Below are positions 47,088 through 56,730 of a stretch of DNA of 64,000 nucleotides, in pieces. Position numbers and translations under genes: made by a program. The notes beneath the pieces were generated by a model, which ran no database searches, was not told where the DNA came from, and saw only the letters and a program-made list of their open reading frames with translations. Where the stretch lies: NCBI GenBank assembly GCA_046757585.1, contig JBHHYR010000001.1:3354-67353 (forward strand). Direction: 5' to 3'. The stretch comes from Candidatus Binatia bacterium (GTDB lineage: Bacteria; Desulfobacterota; Binatia; HRBIN30). Each line of letters starts with the position of its first letter. Within the stretch, counting starts at the first letter, position 1.

Positions 47088-48257
47088 ATGCTTGAGCCAG
47101 CTCTTAGACGCACGCCCCGGGCGCTCGTTGCGGCCGCGGTGGTCGTGCTCGTCCTCTTTGCCGTCGCGATGAGCCTGCGGCGCCGGCCACTGGTGGTGGA
47201 CACGGCCGCCGCCACCATTGGCCCGCTCGTGGTGCGTGTAGTCACCAACGGCACGGTGGAGCCGGTGCACGACCTCGAAGTGCGCGCGCGCTCCCGCGGG
47301 CGCGTTGCTGCAGTGCTGGACGCCGGCACACATGTGGAGCAAGGGGACATCCTCGTGCGCCTCGATGACACCGAGCTCCGCGCGCAACGTGCGCAGGCCG
47401 AGTCCGATCGGCTCGCCGCGCAGCTGCGGCTGGAACAGACGCGCACCACCCGCGAGCTGGCCCGCCGTCAGCTCGCAACGGACCAGTACCTCTACGACCA
47501 GGGTGCGGTGACCCGCGAGCGGTACCAGCAGAGCAGCGCTCGGTTTGCAAAAGCCAGCGCTGACCTCCAGGCCGTGACGAAACAAGTGGCCCGCCTGGTG
47601 GCCAGCCTCACCCTGCGGATTGCCCAGCTCTCGATGCAGGAACAAGCGGCGGCAGTGGTGGCCCCGTTTCCCGGCACCGTCTACCGCACCCACGTCAAGG
47701 TCGGTCAAGTCGTGGAGCCGGGCACGGTCCTGCTCAAGTTCGCCGATCTGCGCAACCTGCGCGTGCGGGTGAACGTTGATCAGACCGATCTGGGCCGCGT
47801 GCGTACCGGCCAGCCCGTGCGCATCACGTCGGACGCCTACCCCAGCCGGTCGTGGTCAGGACACGTTGCGGAGCTCATCCCCGACGTGGTCGTCAAGGAA
47901 AGTCGCTCTGTCTCGGAAGCGCTCGTGCCATTGGAGCCGCCGGTCGGCGCCCTGGTTCCCGGCATGACCGTGGACGCGGAAATCACGGTTGCGCGGCGGG
48001 ACAGCGCACTCCTGGTTCCGAGCGTGGCCATTTTCTCCGAGCAAGGCCGGACGGTGGCCTACCGGGTCGAACACCGGAGAGCCCGGCGCACCCTGGTGAC
48101 GATCGGTCGATCCAACGCGACCCACGTCGAGGTCACCGATGGGCTCACTGCGGGAGATATCATCGTGCTCGCTCCGGCGGCTGGCCTCGCCGACGGGGTA
48201 CGCCTGACGCCGCGGCGACAGGACACTGCAACAGACACGGCGCCTGCCGCATCATAG
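47088..48257 (+). CDS. efflux periplasmic adaptor (HlyD/MacA-type membrane fusion protein)
   Basis: TM anchor, a lipoyl-like GDILVRLDD, a coiled-coil region, and VAPFPGTVY/GQPVRIT barrel motifs. Confidence 0.85.
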   Translation: MLEPALRRTPRALVAAAVVVLVLFAVAMSLRRRPLVVDTAAATIGPLVVRVVTNGTVEPVHDLEVRARSRGRVAAVLDAGTHVEQGDILVRLDDTELRAQRAQAESDRLAAQLRLEQTRTTRELARRQLATDQYLYDQGAVTRERYQQSSARFAKASADLQAVTKQVARLVASLTLRIAQLSMQEQAAAVVAPFPGTVYRTHVKVGQVVEPGTVLLKFADLRNLRVRVNVDQTDLGRVRTGQPVRITSDAYPSRSWSGHVAELIPDVVVKESRSVSEALVPLEPPVGALVPGMTVDAEITVARRDSALLVPSVAIFSEQGRTVAYRVEHRRARRTLVTIGRSNATHVEVTDGLTAGDIIVLAPAAGLADGVRLTPRRQDTATDTAPAAS

Positions 48258-48274
48258 CTGCCGGAGGTGGGTGC

Positions 48275-48946
48275 ATGATTAGACTCATGAGCGTTTCGAA
48301 GCGATACGATCTCGACGGCGTTGGGGTGCAAGCACTGGATGACGTCACCTGCCACATTCCAGCCGGGCAGTTCGCGGCGATCGTCGGCCCCTCCGGTTCA
48401 GGCAAGTCGACGCTCCTCCACATCCTGGGCCTGCTGGATACCCGTTTCGAGGGGCGCTATCTGTTGGACGGCCGACCCGTGTCTGGGCTTTCGGAAGACC
48501 AGCTGGCGGCGCTGCGCAGCGGCGAGATGGGGTTTGTCTTCCAAGCGTTCAACCTCCTGCCGCAGCTCACCATTCTTGAGAACGTCGCCTTACCGGCGCT
48601 GTACGCCGGCGATCGTTCGCCCGCCGTCTGCCGGGCCGCAGCGCGCGCGCGGCTCGAGCAGCTTGGCCTGTCCGACCGGCTCGCGCACCGCCCGGCGCAA
48701 CTTTCCGCGGGCCAGCGCCAACGGGTTGCCATCGCTCGGGCGATCGTCAACAGCCCTCGGCTGCTGCTTGCAGACGAGCCTACCGGTGCCCTCGACAGCC
48801 GCACGGCGCAGGAAATCCTCGGCATCCTGCGCGGGCTGCATCGGGAGGGCATGACCGTCGTGGTGGTCACCCATAACCCTCGCGTCGCCGCCGCCGCGCA
48901 GCGGGTGATCGATGTCCTCGACGGCGCAATACGCGACGCGGCTTAG
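48275..48946 (+). CDS. MacB/LolD-type ABC ATP-binding protein
   Basis: GPSGSGKSTLLHILG, MGFVFQAFNLLP, LSAGQRQRVAIARA and LLADEPTGALD. GGAGGTGGG RBS. Confidence 0.9.
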   Translation: MIRLMSVSKRYDLDGVGVQALDDVTCHIPAGQFAAIVGPSGSGKSTLLHILGLLDTRFEGRYLLDGRPVSGLSEDQLAALRSGEMGFVFQAFNLLPQLTILENVALPALYAGDRSPAVCRAAARARLEQLGLSDRLAHRPAQLSAGQRQRVAIARAIVNSPRLLLADEPTGALDSRTAQEILGILRGLHREGMTVVVVTHNPRVAAAAQRVIDVLDGAIRDAA

Positions 48947-50126
48947 GCTGCTTTGGCGCTTTGCCCTCGACGGCCTGGCGGGTCAGAAGCGTCGTTCCAT
49001 CCTCACCGTTTTGGGAATCGCGATCGGCACGGCGAGCGTCGTCGGCGTCGTCTCCGTCGGCCTGCTCGGACGCGAGTACATCATTGATCAGATCGAGGGA
49101 GTCGGTGCGAACCTCATCTTCGCCTACAGCGACGACGAGGGCACCAGCCCAGACGAAGTGACCTTCGACGACGTCGCCGCCCTCGCGCGTCGCGCCGTAG
49201 GGGTCGCTGCCATGGCCCCCGTTCTGGAAGACGATCAGACCCTGACCGTACACGATCGGCCACAGCGAATTTCAGTATTAGGCACCACACCGTCGTATCT
49301 GCAGGTGCGAAATCTCGTCATGGAGTCCGGACGCTTCTACAGCGCGCAGGAGGAAGCGTCACGGGACAAGGTGTGTGTGCTGTCACATGATCTGGCGCGC
49401 AAGCTATATGGAACCACCCGGGTGCGCAATCGTTGGCTGCGCCTGTACGCGCTCCGCTTCCGCGTGTTGGGTGTGTACCGTGAAGCCGTGAGCAGTGCGG
49501 CCGCCGTCCAGAGGAGCGAAGCCGCCGGCCTCACGGCCATCATCCCGTTTGCCACCTTACGCAGTCTATCGGGCATTCGCTGGGTGCACGTGGTCTACGT
49601 GCAAGCCGAACGACCGGACCTGGTCCCCCTGGCCGTGCAGTCGATCCACGCGACTTTACGCGCGCGGCATCGGCCGGCAGCCAGTTTCAAGGTGAAATCT
49701 CTGCAAGGTTATCTCGACATTGCCAAACGCATCACGAACGCTATCACCTGGGGGCTCATGGGTGTAGCGGGGATATCGCTCGTGGTCGGCGGAATCGGCA
49801 TCATGAATATCATGCTCGTGAGCGTTACGGAGCGGACCAAGGACATTGGGATCCGGCTCTCAGTCGGTGCGCGGCCACGTGACATCCTGATCCAGTTCCT
49901 GTTCGAGGCGGTGATCCTAGCACTGTCCGGCGGCGTCCTCGGCGTGGCAGTCGGGACTGTTCTGCCGGCTTACGTCGGCATGCTCTACGGGGTGCACGTA
50001 CCCATTTCACCGGCAAGCGCAGCGATTGCCTTCAGCGTGTCGGTGCTCGTGGGCCTTTTCTTCGGCTACTATCCGGCACGCAAGGCGGCACGGATGAACC
50101 TGGTTGATTCGCTGCGCTATGAATAA
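48912..50126 (+). CDS. MacB-type ABC permease (FtsX-like)
   Basis: QKRRSILTVLGIAIGTASVV at the N-terminus, a large periplasmic loop and a C-terminal FtsX domain (GIGIMNIMLVSVTERTKDIGIRLSVGA). Confidence 0.85.
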   Translation: MSSTAQYATRLRLLWRFALDGLAGQKRRSILTVLGIAIGTASVVGVVSVGLLGREYIIDQIEGVGANLIFAYSDDEGTSPDEVTFDDVAALARRAVGVAAMAPVLEDDQTLTVHDRPQRISVLGTTPSYLQVRNLVMESGRFYSAQEEASRDKVCVLSHDLARKLYGTTRVRNRWLRLYALRFRVLGVYREAVSSAAAVQRSEAAGLTAIIPFATLRSLSGIRWVHVVYVQAERPDLVPLAVQSIHATLRARHRPAASFKVKSLQGYLDIAKRITNAITWGLMGVAGISLVVGGIGIMNIMLVSVTERTKDIGIRLSVGARPRDILIQFLFEAVILALSGGVLGVAVGTVLPAYVGMLYGVHVPISPASAAIAFSVSVLVGLFFGYYPARKAARMNLVDSLRYE

Positions 50127-50181
50127 TAGATGATCCGGTCTGCCGCGGAGCCCCGTACGGCCCACAGGGGGACGGTCACCG

Positions 50182-51030
50182 CTAGTAGGCAGCCAGCGGT
50201 TTGGCCCGCCATTCGCTGCCTTCCTGAGCGGCCGGAAGGACGGGGACGCCGGCGAGAAAGCTGGCGGGGCGATGCAGGCCTACCAGTTTGTCAGCCGCCT
50301 CGGTCAGCGCCTCCTCGGCAACCTGGCGTCGTGGCCACCACTGAAAGCCTTCCCGCCACCAGATCGGCAAGGCGAGGAGGTTGCTCATCAGAGGTACCTG
50401 CCGCCGACTGAAAATGAACTTGTGTGTCAGCGCTCCTGTCGACACGTCGACCAGGGCCAGTGAAAACGCGACGTTGGCGGGCTGGCGGCTCCCGAACCGC
50501 GACCCCGAGAATTCCTCGTAGCACGTCACCACACCCATGATCACCTTGCTCGCCCCCCCTTTTTTGCCAAGCGTGACCGCCAGGGACGGTTGGTATCGGT
50601 CGCGCAATACCGGATCGGCAGCGGACACGAGCTGGGAGCCCTGCTCGAAGGGCACCAGATCAACGCCACGACGCTGCAGTCCGCGAAACAACACGGCGGC
50701 AAACTGGGTCCCGGCACCATGCGGAACCTGGCCAGCGGGAAGCTGCTCGCCGGTCAAGTGGCACATCACATGATCGCCGTTGGCCGGCAGGAAGCTGCCA
50801 TCGCGCAGTGGCAGCACGAGCACCCGATCTGCTCCGCTCACGAGGGAGCGCCGTTGCACGCTCGCGGCGAGCGTGTTCGGCTGGCGGTTGCCATGCGGCA
50901 ACCCGCAGCCCGCGCCCAGCGCGGCAACAACGCACAGTGATACGGCGGCTGCGGCAAGCCCCCTACCAGCGTTCGTTCCGGGATTGGGGGCGTTGCAGCC
51001 CACCGCCGGCGCCGCTGAACGGCTCATCAT
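50182..51030 (-). CDS. secreted/lipoprotein-like hypothetical protein
   Basis: Hydrophobic leader AAAVSLCVVAALGAGC. GGTGGAG RBS. Its ATG overlaps the upstream stop (ATGA). No family recognised. Confidence 0.5.
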   Translation of the reverse strand: MMSRSAAPAVGCNAPNPGTNAGRGLAAAAVSLCVVAALGAGCGLPHGNRQPNTLAASVQRRSLVSGADRVLVLPLRDGSFLPANGDHVMCHLTGEQLPAGQVPHGAGTQFAAVLFRGLQRRGVDLVPFEQGSQLVSAADPVLRDRYQPSLAVTLGKKGGASKVIMGVVTCYEEFSGSRFGSRQPANVAFSLALVDVSTGALTHKFIFSRRQVPLMSNLLALPIWWREGFQWWPRRQVAEEALTEAADKLVGLHRPASFLAGVPVLPAAQEGSEWRAKPLAAY

Positions 51031-51557
51031 GGCTCCACCCTCAAATTCGGGTGGCGGCGCCAGAGGTACGCTGCCATCGCGCCGGCTGCCAGCACGTTCC
51101 CAACCAGGACCGCAGGCCATGCCAAGACGTGCAGGACGGCCTCGGCAAACAGCGTGGTGCCCACAACGAACCCGCACTCAAAAATCACGAAGAACAGGAG
51201 GATGCCAAAGCCCAGATTGGGGGTCCGTTCGGCTATCGCCAACAGCCGAGAGGCCGCGCCGCCTACCAGGGTAAAGATGAGCGCATGCACCCACGTGAAC
51301 ACCAGCGCCATGTCGAACGACGCCGGCAGGGTGTGTGGTGAATCGAGGGCCGCTGCTGTCCCCCGAAACAGAGCCGTTCCCAGAAGGGTCGGCGTATACA
51401 GCGGTCGTCCCTCCAGCGAATCCAGAATCAGGAACCAGATCGCGAGCGTTGCCGCGCCGAGCGCGCCGGCAACAAGCCCCTCCGCGTATACCTTCGACGA
51501 CACTTGGGCGCGCTCTTCGGAATGCGTTTGCGCCACCGCACGGAGTTGCTCTTGCAT
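51027..51557 (-). CDS. integral membrane protein, four predicted helices (uncharacterised)
   Basis: Strong AAGGAGGG RBS and four hydrophobic stretches. Translationally coupled to the downstream lipoprotein-like gene. Confidence 0.6.
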   Translation of the reverse strand: MQEQLRAVAQTHSEERAQVSSKVYAEGLVAGALGAATLAIWFLILDSLEGRPLYTPTLLGTALFRGTAAALDSPHTLPASFDMALVFTWVHALIFTLVGGAASRLLAIAERTPNLGFGILLFFVIFECGFVVGTTLFAEAVLHVLAWPAVLVGNVLAAGAMAAYLWRRHPNLRVEP

Positions 51558-51735
51558 ACGCCCTCCTTTTCGGGAGCTTCAACCCGCATTGGCATAGGAT
51601 TAGATGCGTCAGGGTGCAGGGTGTGGCACAGCCCGAGAGGGCGGTCCGGCTGCACGCGTTACAGCCGCGCGTCCTGCTCGTTCTTCCTCGTTGGCGCTCA
51701 GCCGATCGAGCCCGCAGCACGCCGGCTGGCAGGCT

Positions 51736-53073
51736 TCAGTAGTAGTCGACCGGGTCGATCCGACGCTTCGCACCCCAGTAGAAGTACAAATTGCTCGGAA
51801 TGCCTTGGCCCGTATACGCGTTGGGGGGCAACAGGAGACGCCTGACGATCGACCGCATCGAGTAGAACCGTTCCGTGCACCGCCACACGCCTTCCTCTAC
51901 CTGCTGGGGTGTCAGGTTCTTCGGCACGAACATGCAGCGGTGATTGTTAGTGAACTGATCGGCATCCGGGATGATCACCCGCCCCTCTTGCTCGAGCTGT
52001 GTGCGCATGGGCGTGCCGCGGCGCGGCGTCACCGTGTTGAAAAAGGCCACCGGCGCCTTCACTTCGTCAAGGAACCGGATGGTTTCGTCGAAGATGCCTT
52101 CGCGGTCATCGTCGAGCCCGAACAGGAAGTTCAACGAGTAGAAGATGCCGTAGCTGCGCAACCGTGCCAGCAGCCTCTTGTACTCCCCGGCGTGGTTCTG
52201 CACCTTCTCGATGCTCTTGAGGCTCCCTTGGCTGATGCTCTCCACCCCGATGTTCACGTGATAGACGCCGGCCTTGGCAGCGAGGTCAAGGAGCTCCTCG
52301 TCGTGGTTGGTGTTGATCGTCCACAAACAGCTGAACTTGATTTTCTCCGGCGCCAGCGCGTGAAAGAGATCTTTCGCATACTGGTGCTTGCCCGCGATCT
52401 GGTCATCGATGAACTGAAAATTACGCAGACCCGTGACCTTGATCACCTCGCGGATCTCCTTGATGACATCGTCGACCGGTCGCGTTCGGAACGCGCCACC
52501 GTAGAACACCGGAATCTCGCAGAAGGAGCAGCGATACGGACAGCCTCGGGTCGCCTGAATCGGGATCGCCTTGAACAGATACCGGTTGAGCTTCAACAGT
52601 TCATGCCGCGGGCGCGGCAACCCCTTCAAGTCATGGAGTTTCTCCGCCTTGTAGATCGGCCGTAGCTTGCCATCCACCGCATCCTGGAGGACCTGCTCCC
52701 ACACCAGATCCGCTTCGCCGACTACCACGGCATCAGCGTGCTGCAGCGTCTCCTGCGGGAGCAAGGAGGCGTGAAAGCCGCCCATGACCACCAGGACCCC
52801 GCGGCGGCGAAACTCGTCGGCCAGCTGATAGGCGCGCAGCGCGGAGCCGATGGTGGTCGTCATGCCGACGAGGTCATAGCCCCCGTTGAAGTTGATGTCT
52901 TCCAGCCGCTCGTCGCAGAGCTCGACGTCGACATCTGGTGGCGTGAGACCAGCTATCAAGGGCGTCATCAAGCCCATGATGAACCGCCGTCTGCTCTTCA
53001 AGGGCGTGTGGTCCAGATGAACGGTGGTGGGTTGGACCAGCAAGACTCTCATGCGTTTGCCACGCACAGCCAT
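51736..53073 (-). CDS. B12-binding-domain radical SAM protein (class B)
   Basis: N-terminal Rossmann-like B12 domain (VLLVQP...DLVGMTT...) and the radical SAM cluster motif ATRGCPYRCSFCE (C-x3-C-x2-C). Confidence 0.85.
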   Translation of the reverse strand: MAVRGKRMRVLLVQPTTVHLDHTPLKSRRRFIMGLMTPLIAGLTPPDVDVELCDERLEDINFNGGYDLVGMTTTIGSALRAYQLADEFRRRGVLVVMGGFHASLLPQETLQHADAVVVGEADLVWEQVLQDAVDGKLRPIYKAEKLHDLKGLPRPRHELLKLNRYLFKAIPIQATRGCPYRCSFCEIPVFYGGAFRTRPVDDVIKEIREVIKVTGLRNFQFIDDQIAGKHQYAKDLFHALAPEKIKFSCLWTINTNHDEELLDLAAKAGVYHVNIGVESISQGSLKSIEKVQNHAGEYKRLLARLRSYGIFYSLNFLFGLDDDREGIFDETIRFLDEVKAPVAFFNTVTPRRGTPMRTQLEQEGRVIIPDADQFTNNHRCMFVPKNLTPQQVEEGVWRCTERFYSMRSIVRRLLLPPNAYTGQGIPSNLYFYWGAKRRIDPVDYY

Positions 53074-53229
53074 GGTAGCATCCTCTCCCCCAAGCGTTAT
53101 CGCGGCCTGTCGTTCGAGTGTCCGGACAACGCAGAGCTTCCGGTGTCGTCGCAGACGGTGAAGCGCGTCATGCCCGCACGTCCGACCCGTGCTTGCGCTG
53201 TCAGACGCGGCGTTACCGCCTTGTGCACC

Positions 53230-53508
53230 TCAGCGCCCCGCTTGAATACGTTCCTCCAGCGCTGCATGGACCCGGCGCTGCACCTCCTCCGGAATGTCCT
53301 CACCTGCCAGCTCACCGGTAAGTTGGATCAGCGTTTCGTAGGTATCCGAGAACGCTTCGCAGTCCGGACAGTCACGAAAATGTCGTTTGATGCTGTCCGC
53401 AGTCTTCGGGTCTAGTGTGCCATCAAAGTAGTCGTGGAGCACGGCGACGACGTCCTCGCACGTTCGCTTGCCGAACCCGCGCATCATCCACGCAACCAGG
53501 CGTTTCAC
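53230..53508 (-). CDS. soluble zinc-binding anti-sigma factor (ZAS, RsrA-like), paralogue 2
   Basis: HFRDCPDC (H-x3-C-x2-C) plus KRTCEDV, with no TM segment. Its GTG start overlaps the sigma stop (GTGA). Collinear with 7782-8060 over its whole length. Confidence 0.75.
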   Translation of the reverse strand: MKRLVAWMMRGFGKRTCEDVVAVLHDYFDGTLDPKTADSIKRHFRDCPDCEAFSDTYETLIQLTGELAGEDIPEEVQRRVHAALEERIQAGR

Positions 53509-54092
53509 TGTTGCGCTCCGAACTGTGCGGCTAAGCGGTCGCGCAGACGCAAGCGCGCGCGGTGCAGTCGCGAGCGGATTGCCAGCACCGTGAGTCCGGT
53601 TGCCGCCGCAACGTCGGCATGGCTGAGACCTTCCACGTCTTTCAGCCACACGATCGCTCGGTCGATGTCCGGCAGTGCACCCAACGCGCCGGCGAGCGCC
53701 GCACGGAGCTCGACCCGATAGGCACAGTCCTCCGCGGAGCGCGCCCAGTTGCGCACGGGTTGCCCGTATCCGCCCATCCAATTGAACCGCGGGATGTCCA
53801 CGTCAGCCATCGCCTGGTCCCGCTTGGTAGCCCGTCGGCTCATCAGGGCGCAGTTCACCGCAATCTGAAACAGCCAGCTTCCAAAGGCCGCGTCACCCCG
53901 AAAGTCATCCAGCTTCTCGAACGCGGCAAGAATCGCGGTTTGATACACGTCGGCGGCGTCGGCCGGGTTACGCGTGATGCGCAGCACGGTCTGGTACACG
54001 CGCTGCCCGTAGGGTCGTAGGAGCTCTTCGAAGGCGGGCAGGTCACCACTGCGGATCCGCGCGATGAGTGCCTGCTCGTGCGGGTCTGCCAT
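53505..54092 (-). CDS. ECF-type sigma factor, paralogue 2
   Basis: RVYQTVLRITRNPADAADVYQTAILAAF and HADVAAATGLTVLAIRSRLHRAR. Collinear with 8057-8644. Confidence 0.85.
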   Translation of the reverse strand: MADPHEQALIARIRSGDLPAFEELLRPYGQRVYQTVLRITRNPADAADVYQTAILAAFEKLDDFRGDAAFGSWLFQIAVNCALMSRRATKRDQAMADVDIPRFNWMGGYGQPVRNWARSAEDCAYRVELRAALAGALGALPDIDRAIVWLKDVEGLSHADVAAATGLTVLAIRSRLHRARLRLRDRLAAQFGAQQ

Positions 54093-54175
54093 CAGTGATA
54101 TGAACACCCCATACGCCGTTTCAGTTCCCATCCGCGGCTGAATAATCCCTCTACCGGGAACGGCGCAGGCGCTCG

Positions 54176-54904
54176 TCAGCGCGGTTTGATTTCGAACGAT
54201 ACTTCAGCCGTATGCCCCGTGGACACCGTCACGGACTTTTCCATCTTGCCGATCACCTCGTGCCAGGCCCGAAGCTTATACGTGCCCGGGGGGACGTCCG
54301 TCAACTGAAAGGCACCATTTTCGTCGCTCAACGTGTAGTATGGGTGCGCCTCCACCACCACGTAGGCACTCATCCAACCATGGACGTCGCAGGTCACTTT
54401 GATGATCTCCGGGTGCGTGAAGGTTTCCTTCAGCTCGGGCTTGAATTTCGGCTGCGCCCGGTTGAGGGGAGTGTTTGCCTTGCTGTAGGTGTGCACGTTG
54501 TGCAGGATCCCGTCTTCGTTGAGGATCGTGAGCGTTCCCCCGGCCGGCAGCAGCACCAGATGCGGAACGTACTGGCACCCCTTCTGGCTCAGCGTCGCTG
54601 CCTGAGGCGCGAACGCTTTGCCCCTGGCCAGATCCACCAGCGACACGACGACATTCTTGAGGCCCTTTGTTGCTGGTGAAACGATGAATTTTTCGTCGCG
54701 CTTTTCCTGACCGCACACCTCGAAGTCCTTGGTCACCTCAAGCGTGTCCGGGGGCGGGTACGTGTTCGCGAACCGGACGACCCCCTTGATCGTACCCCCG
54801 TTCGCGACCGGGCCGCCCTGGTACGCGCTGGCAACCGTGGGGAACGCGGCCAGCAGAGCCGCGGGTACGACGCGAGCACACCACGAACGAATCCTGCATT
54901 GCAT
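54176..54904 (-). CDS. cupredoxin-like protein (type-1 copper motif) with C-terminal Ig/CarboxypepD_reg-like domain
   Basis: Signal peptide; candidate copper ligands H (LHNVH) and C-x2-H-x2-M (CDVHGWM, amicyanin-type spacing); C-terminal GAFQLTDVPPGTYKLRAWH beta-sandwich motif. Confidence 0.55.
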   Translation of the reverse strand: MQCRIRSWCARVVPAALLAAFPTVASAYQGGPVANGGTIKGVVRFANTYPPPDTLEVTKDFEVCGQEKRDEKFIVSPATKGLKNVVVSLVDLARGKAFAPQAATLSQKGCQYVPHLVLLPAGGTLTILNEDGILHNVHTYSKANTPLNRAQPKFKPELKETFTHPEIIKVTCDVHGWMSAYVVVEAHPYYTLSDENGAFQLTDVPPGTYKLRAWHEVIGKMEKSVTVSTGHTAEVSFEIKPR

Positions 54905-54921
54905 TGCGCACCTCTCGTCTC

Positions 54922-55947
54922 CTAGTTGAACGTCCACTTGGACTTCTTAGGTCCCAGGCTGATCACGTAGGCCACCAGATCACGCAGCTCCGCATCCGAC
55001 AGGACGCCCTGCCACCGCGGACAAACCAGCGGTGGCGCAGGGCCCTCGGGATCCAGTTTCGGCTGCGCGCGTCCCTGCAGCACGATACGCTTCAATGCCG
55101 TCGCATCGTACTTCTGGCTGGCCCGAGTCAACGGGGGAACCTGCTCGTCGGGAGCAGCGTTGGGATTCCGGAATCCGCCCGCGGTACCGTGTTCGCCGTG
55201 GCAGCCACGGCAGCCGAGCTTCTCGAACACCAGTTCGCCCCGGACCACCGGCTTGCGGCGATACGCGGCGAGCTTCCAGCGCTGATCGTCCGCGTATGCT
55301 TGTCCCCGGAGCCCGTGCAGGAACGCCACCAGCGCAGTGATTTCCTGCGGCTTGAGGTGGAAGTTCGGCATGAACGTTCCGGGCCGGTGTGCAGCCGGAT
55401 CGTGCAACCAACCCGCTTCCCATTCCATGCTCTGCCAGTACCCCACCCACGTGAGATCGGGGGCATTGTATCGGCCCCGGCGCCCGATCCGGTGACAGGC
55501 ATAGCAGTCGTACGCGTCAAAGAGTTGGCGCCCCGCCTCTTCCTGACTACCGGCGTGCGCCACGATCGCCTGCGGGTCGAAGTCACGGCGCATGTGCTTG
55601 AGATCGGCGATCAGCGTGTCGATTTCCTGGTCCGTGAAGCCGAAGTTGGGCATTTTCGTCCCGGGCTTGACCGCTGACGGATTGTGCAGCCAGGTGCGCA
55701 GCCACTGGACCGTGCGACGGTTGGCGACTTGATTGAGCACGGGCCCCACGGTACCGCCCGTGGTGCCAATGGTGTGGCAGCTGACACAGCTGCGCTGGAG
55801 CACGATGGCGTTGCTGCGCAGCCGTTCCGGCGGAGTTTTCGGCAGAAAGGGCAGAATCGGTCGGAGGTTACAGCCGGCGCACACCAGCGCCAGCATTGCA
55901 CCTCCGACGAGCAGGTATCTGGACCGTTCCATGACCTCACACGACAT
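54922..55947 (-). CDS. tri-haem c-type cytochrome
   Basis: Three CxxCH motifs (CVSCH, CYACH, CRGCH), two of them followed by class-I-like MPNF Met-ligand segments. N-terminal signal. Confidence 0.8.
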   Translation of the reverse strand: MSCEVMERSRYLLVGGAMLALVCAGCNLRPILPFLPKTPPERLRSNAIVLQRSCVSCHTIGTTGGTVGPVLNQVANRRTVQWLRTWLHNPSAVKPGTKMPNFGFTDQEIDTLIADLKHMRRDFDPQAIVAHAGSQEEAGRQLFDAYDCYACHRIGRRGRYNAPDLTWVGYWQSMEWEAGWLHDPAAHRPGTFMPNFHLKPQEITALVAFLHGLRGQAYADDQRWKLAAYRRKPVVRGELVFEKLGCRGCHGEHGTAGGFRNPNAAPDEQVPPLTRASQKYDATALKRIVLQGRAQPKLDPEGPAPPLVCPRWQGVLSDAELRDLVAYVISLGPKKSKWTFN

Positions 55948-56030
55948 TTCCGTTGCGAAAACGCGGGGGGGGGCTGGCGGGCCCGGCCGCCCAGGCCCCT
56001 CCCGCGCGTTGATACTGTGCAGTGCACCTC

Positions 56031-56597
56031 TTACTTACTGCCTACCTGGACCTGCTCCCCCTTACTAAACGATGTCACGTACATGGCCAAGGCATCCGAA
56101 TCCTCGTCGGACAGGCCACGTCCCATCACGAACATCCGCAGGCAATTGGTATCCATCTGCTCCAGTGTAATCACGCGGCCACTGGGAACCTTGAACTTGG
56201 GAAACGTCGCCGCGGCGCCATGGAGATCGGGTATCGGGACGCGGAACTCGGTCATGGGCAGCTGGGCTTCCCCGCCAGTTGTTCCACCGTTCGGGTGACA
56301 CGACGCGCACGCTAGGCCGCTGTTACCCAGCTCCTTGTCGTGGAAAATCTCGTTCCCGCGACGCAACGTTTCGGCCTGCGTTTTGGCGATCAGGGCCTGC
56401 CGCTGGTGCGCCGCCATCGGAATCAGCTCGTTGACGTTGCCCAGCGCGTCGGCCATGTCGCCCATACCCATCATGCGCATCATGAACGTCGGCGGATTCA
56501 TTTCCACCAGGCGTGGTGATGGCGTGCAGGCCGCAATCGAAATCACGAACACGCCGCTCAATATGATCGCACCTCCCAGGTGCATCCCTCTTTTCAT
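56031..56597 (-). CDS. mono-haem c-type cytochrome, secreted
   Basis: One CxxCH motif (CASCH). Signal/lipobox-like VISIAAC. AAAGGGGA RBS before ATG 56597. Confidence 0.65.
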   Translation of the reverse strand: MKRGMHLGGAIILSGVFVISIAACTPSPRLVEMNPPTFMMRMMGMGDMADALGNVNELIPMAAHQRQALIAKTQAETLRRGNEIFHDKELGNSGLACASCHPNGGTTGGEAQLPMTEFRVPIPDLHGAAATFPKFKVPSGRVITLEQMDTNCLRMFVMGRGLSDEDSDALAMYVTSFSKGEQVQVGSK

Positions 56598-56730
56598 AGG
56601 TTCCCCTTTCGTGGCTTGACCCTGTCGTTGCCTGAATTCAGTCCGTGAGAGCTTGCAATCGGCACCCCTGCTAGGGGGGGCACGGATCGCAAACCGCTTG
56701 TCGGTAAGCAGGGCGCGTCCCATTCTAACC

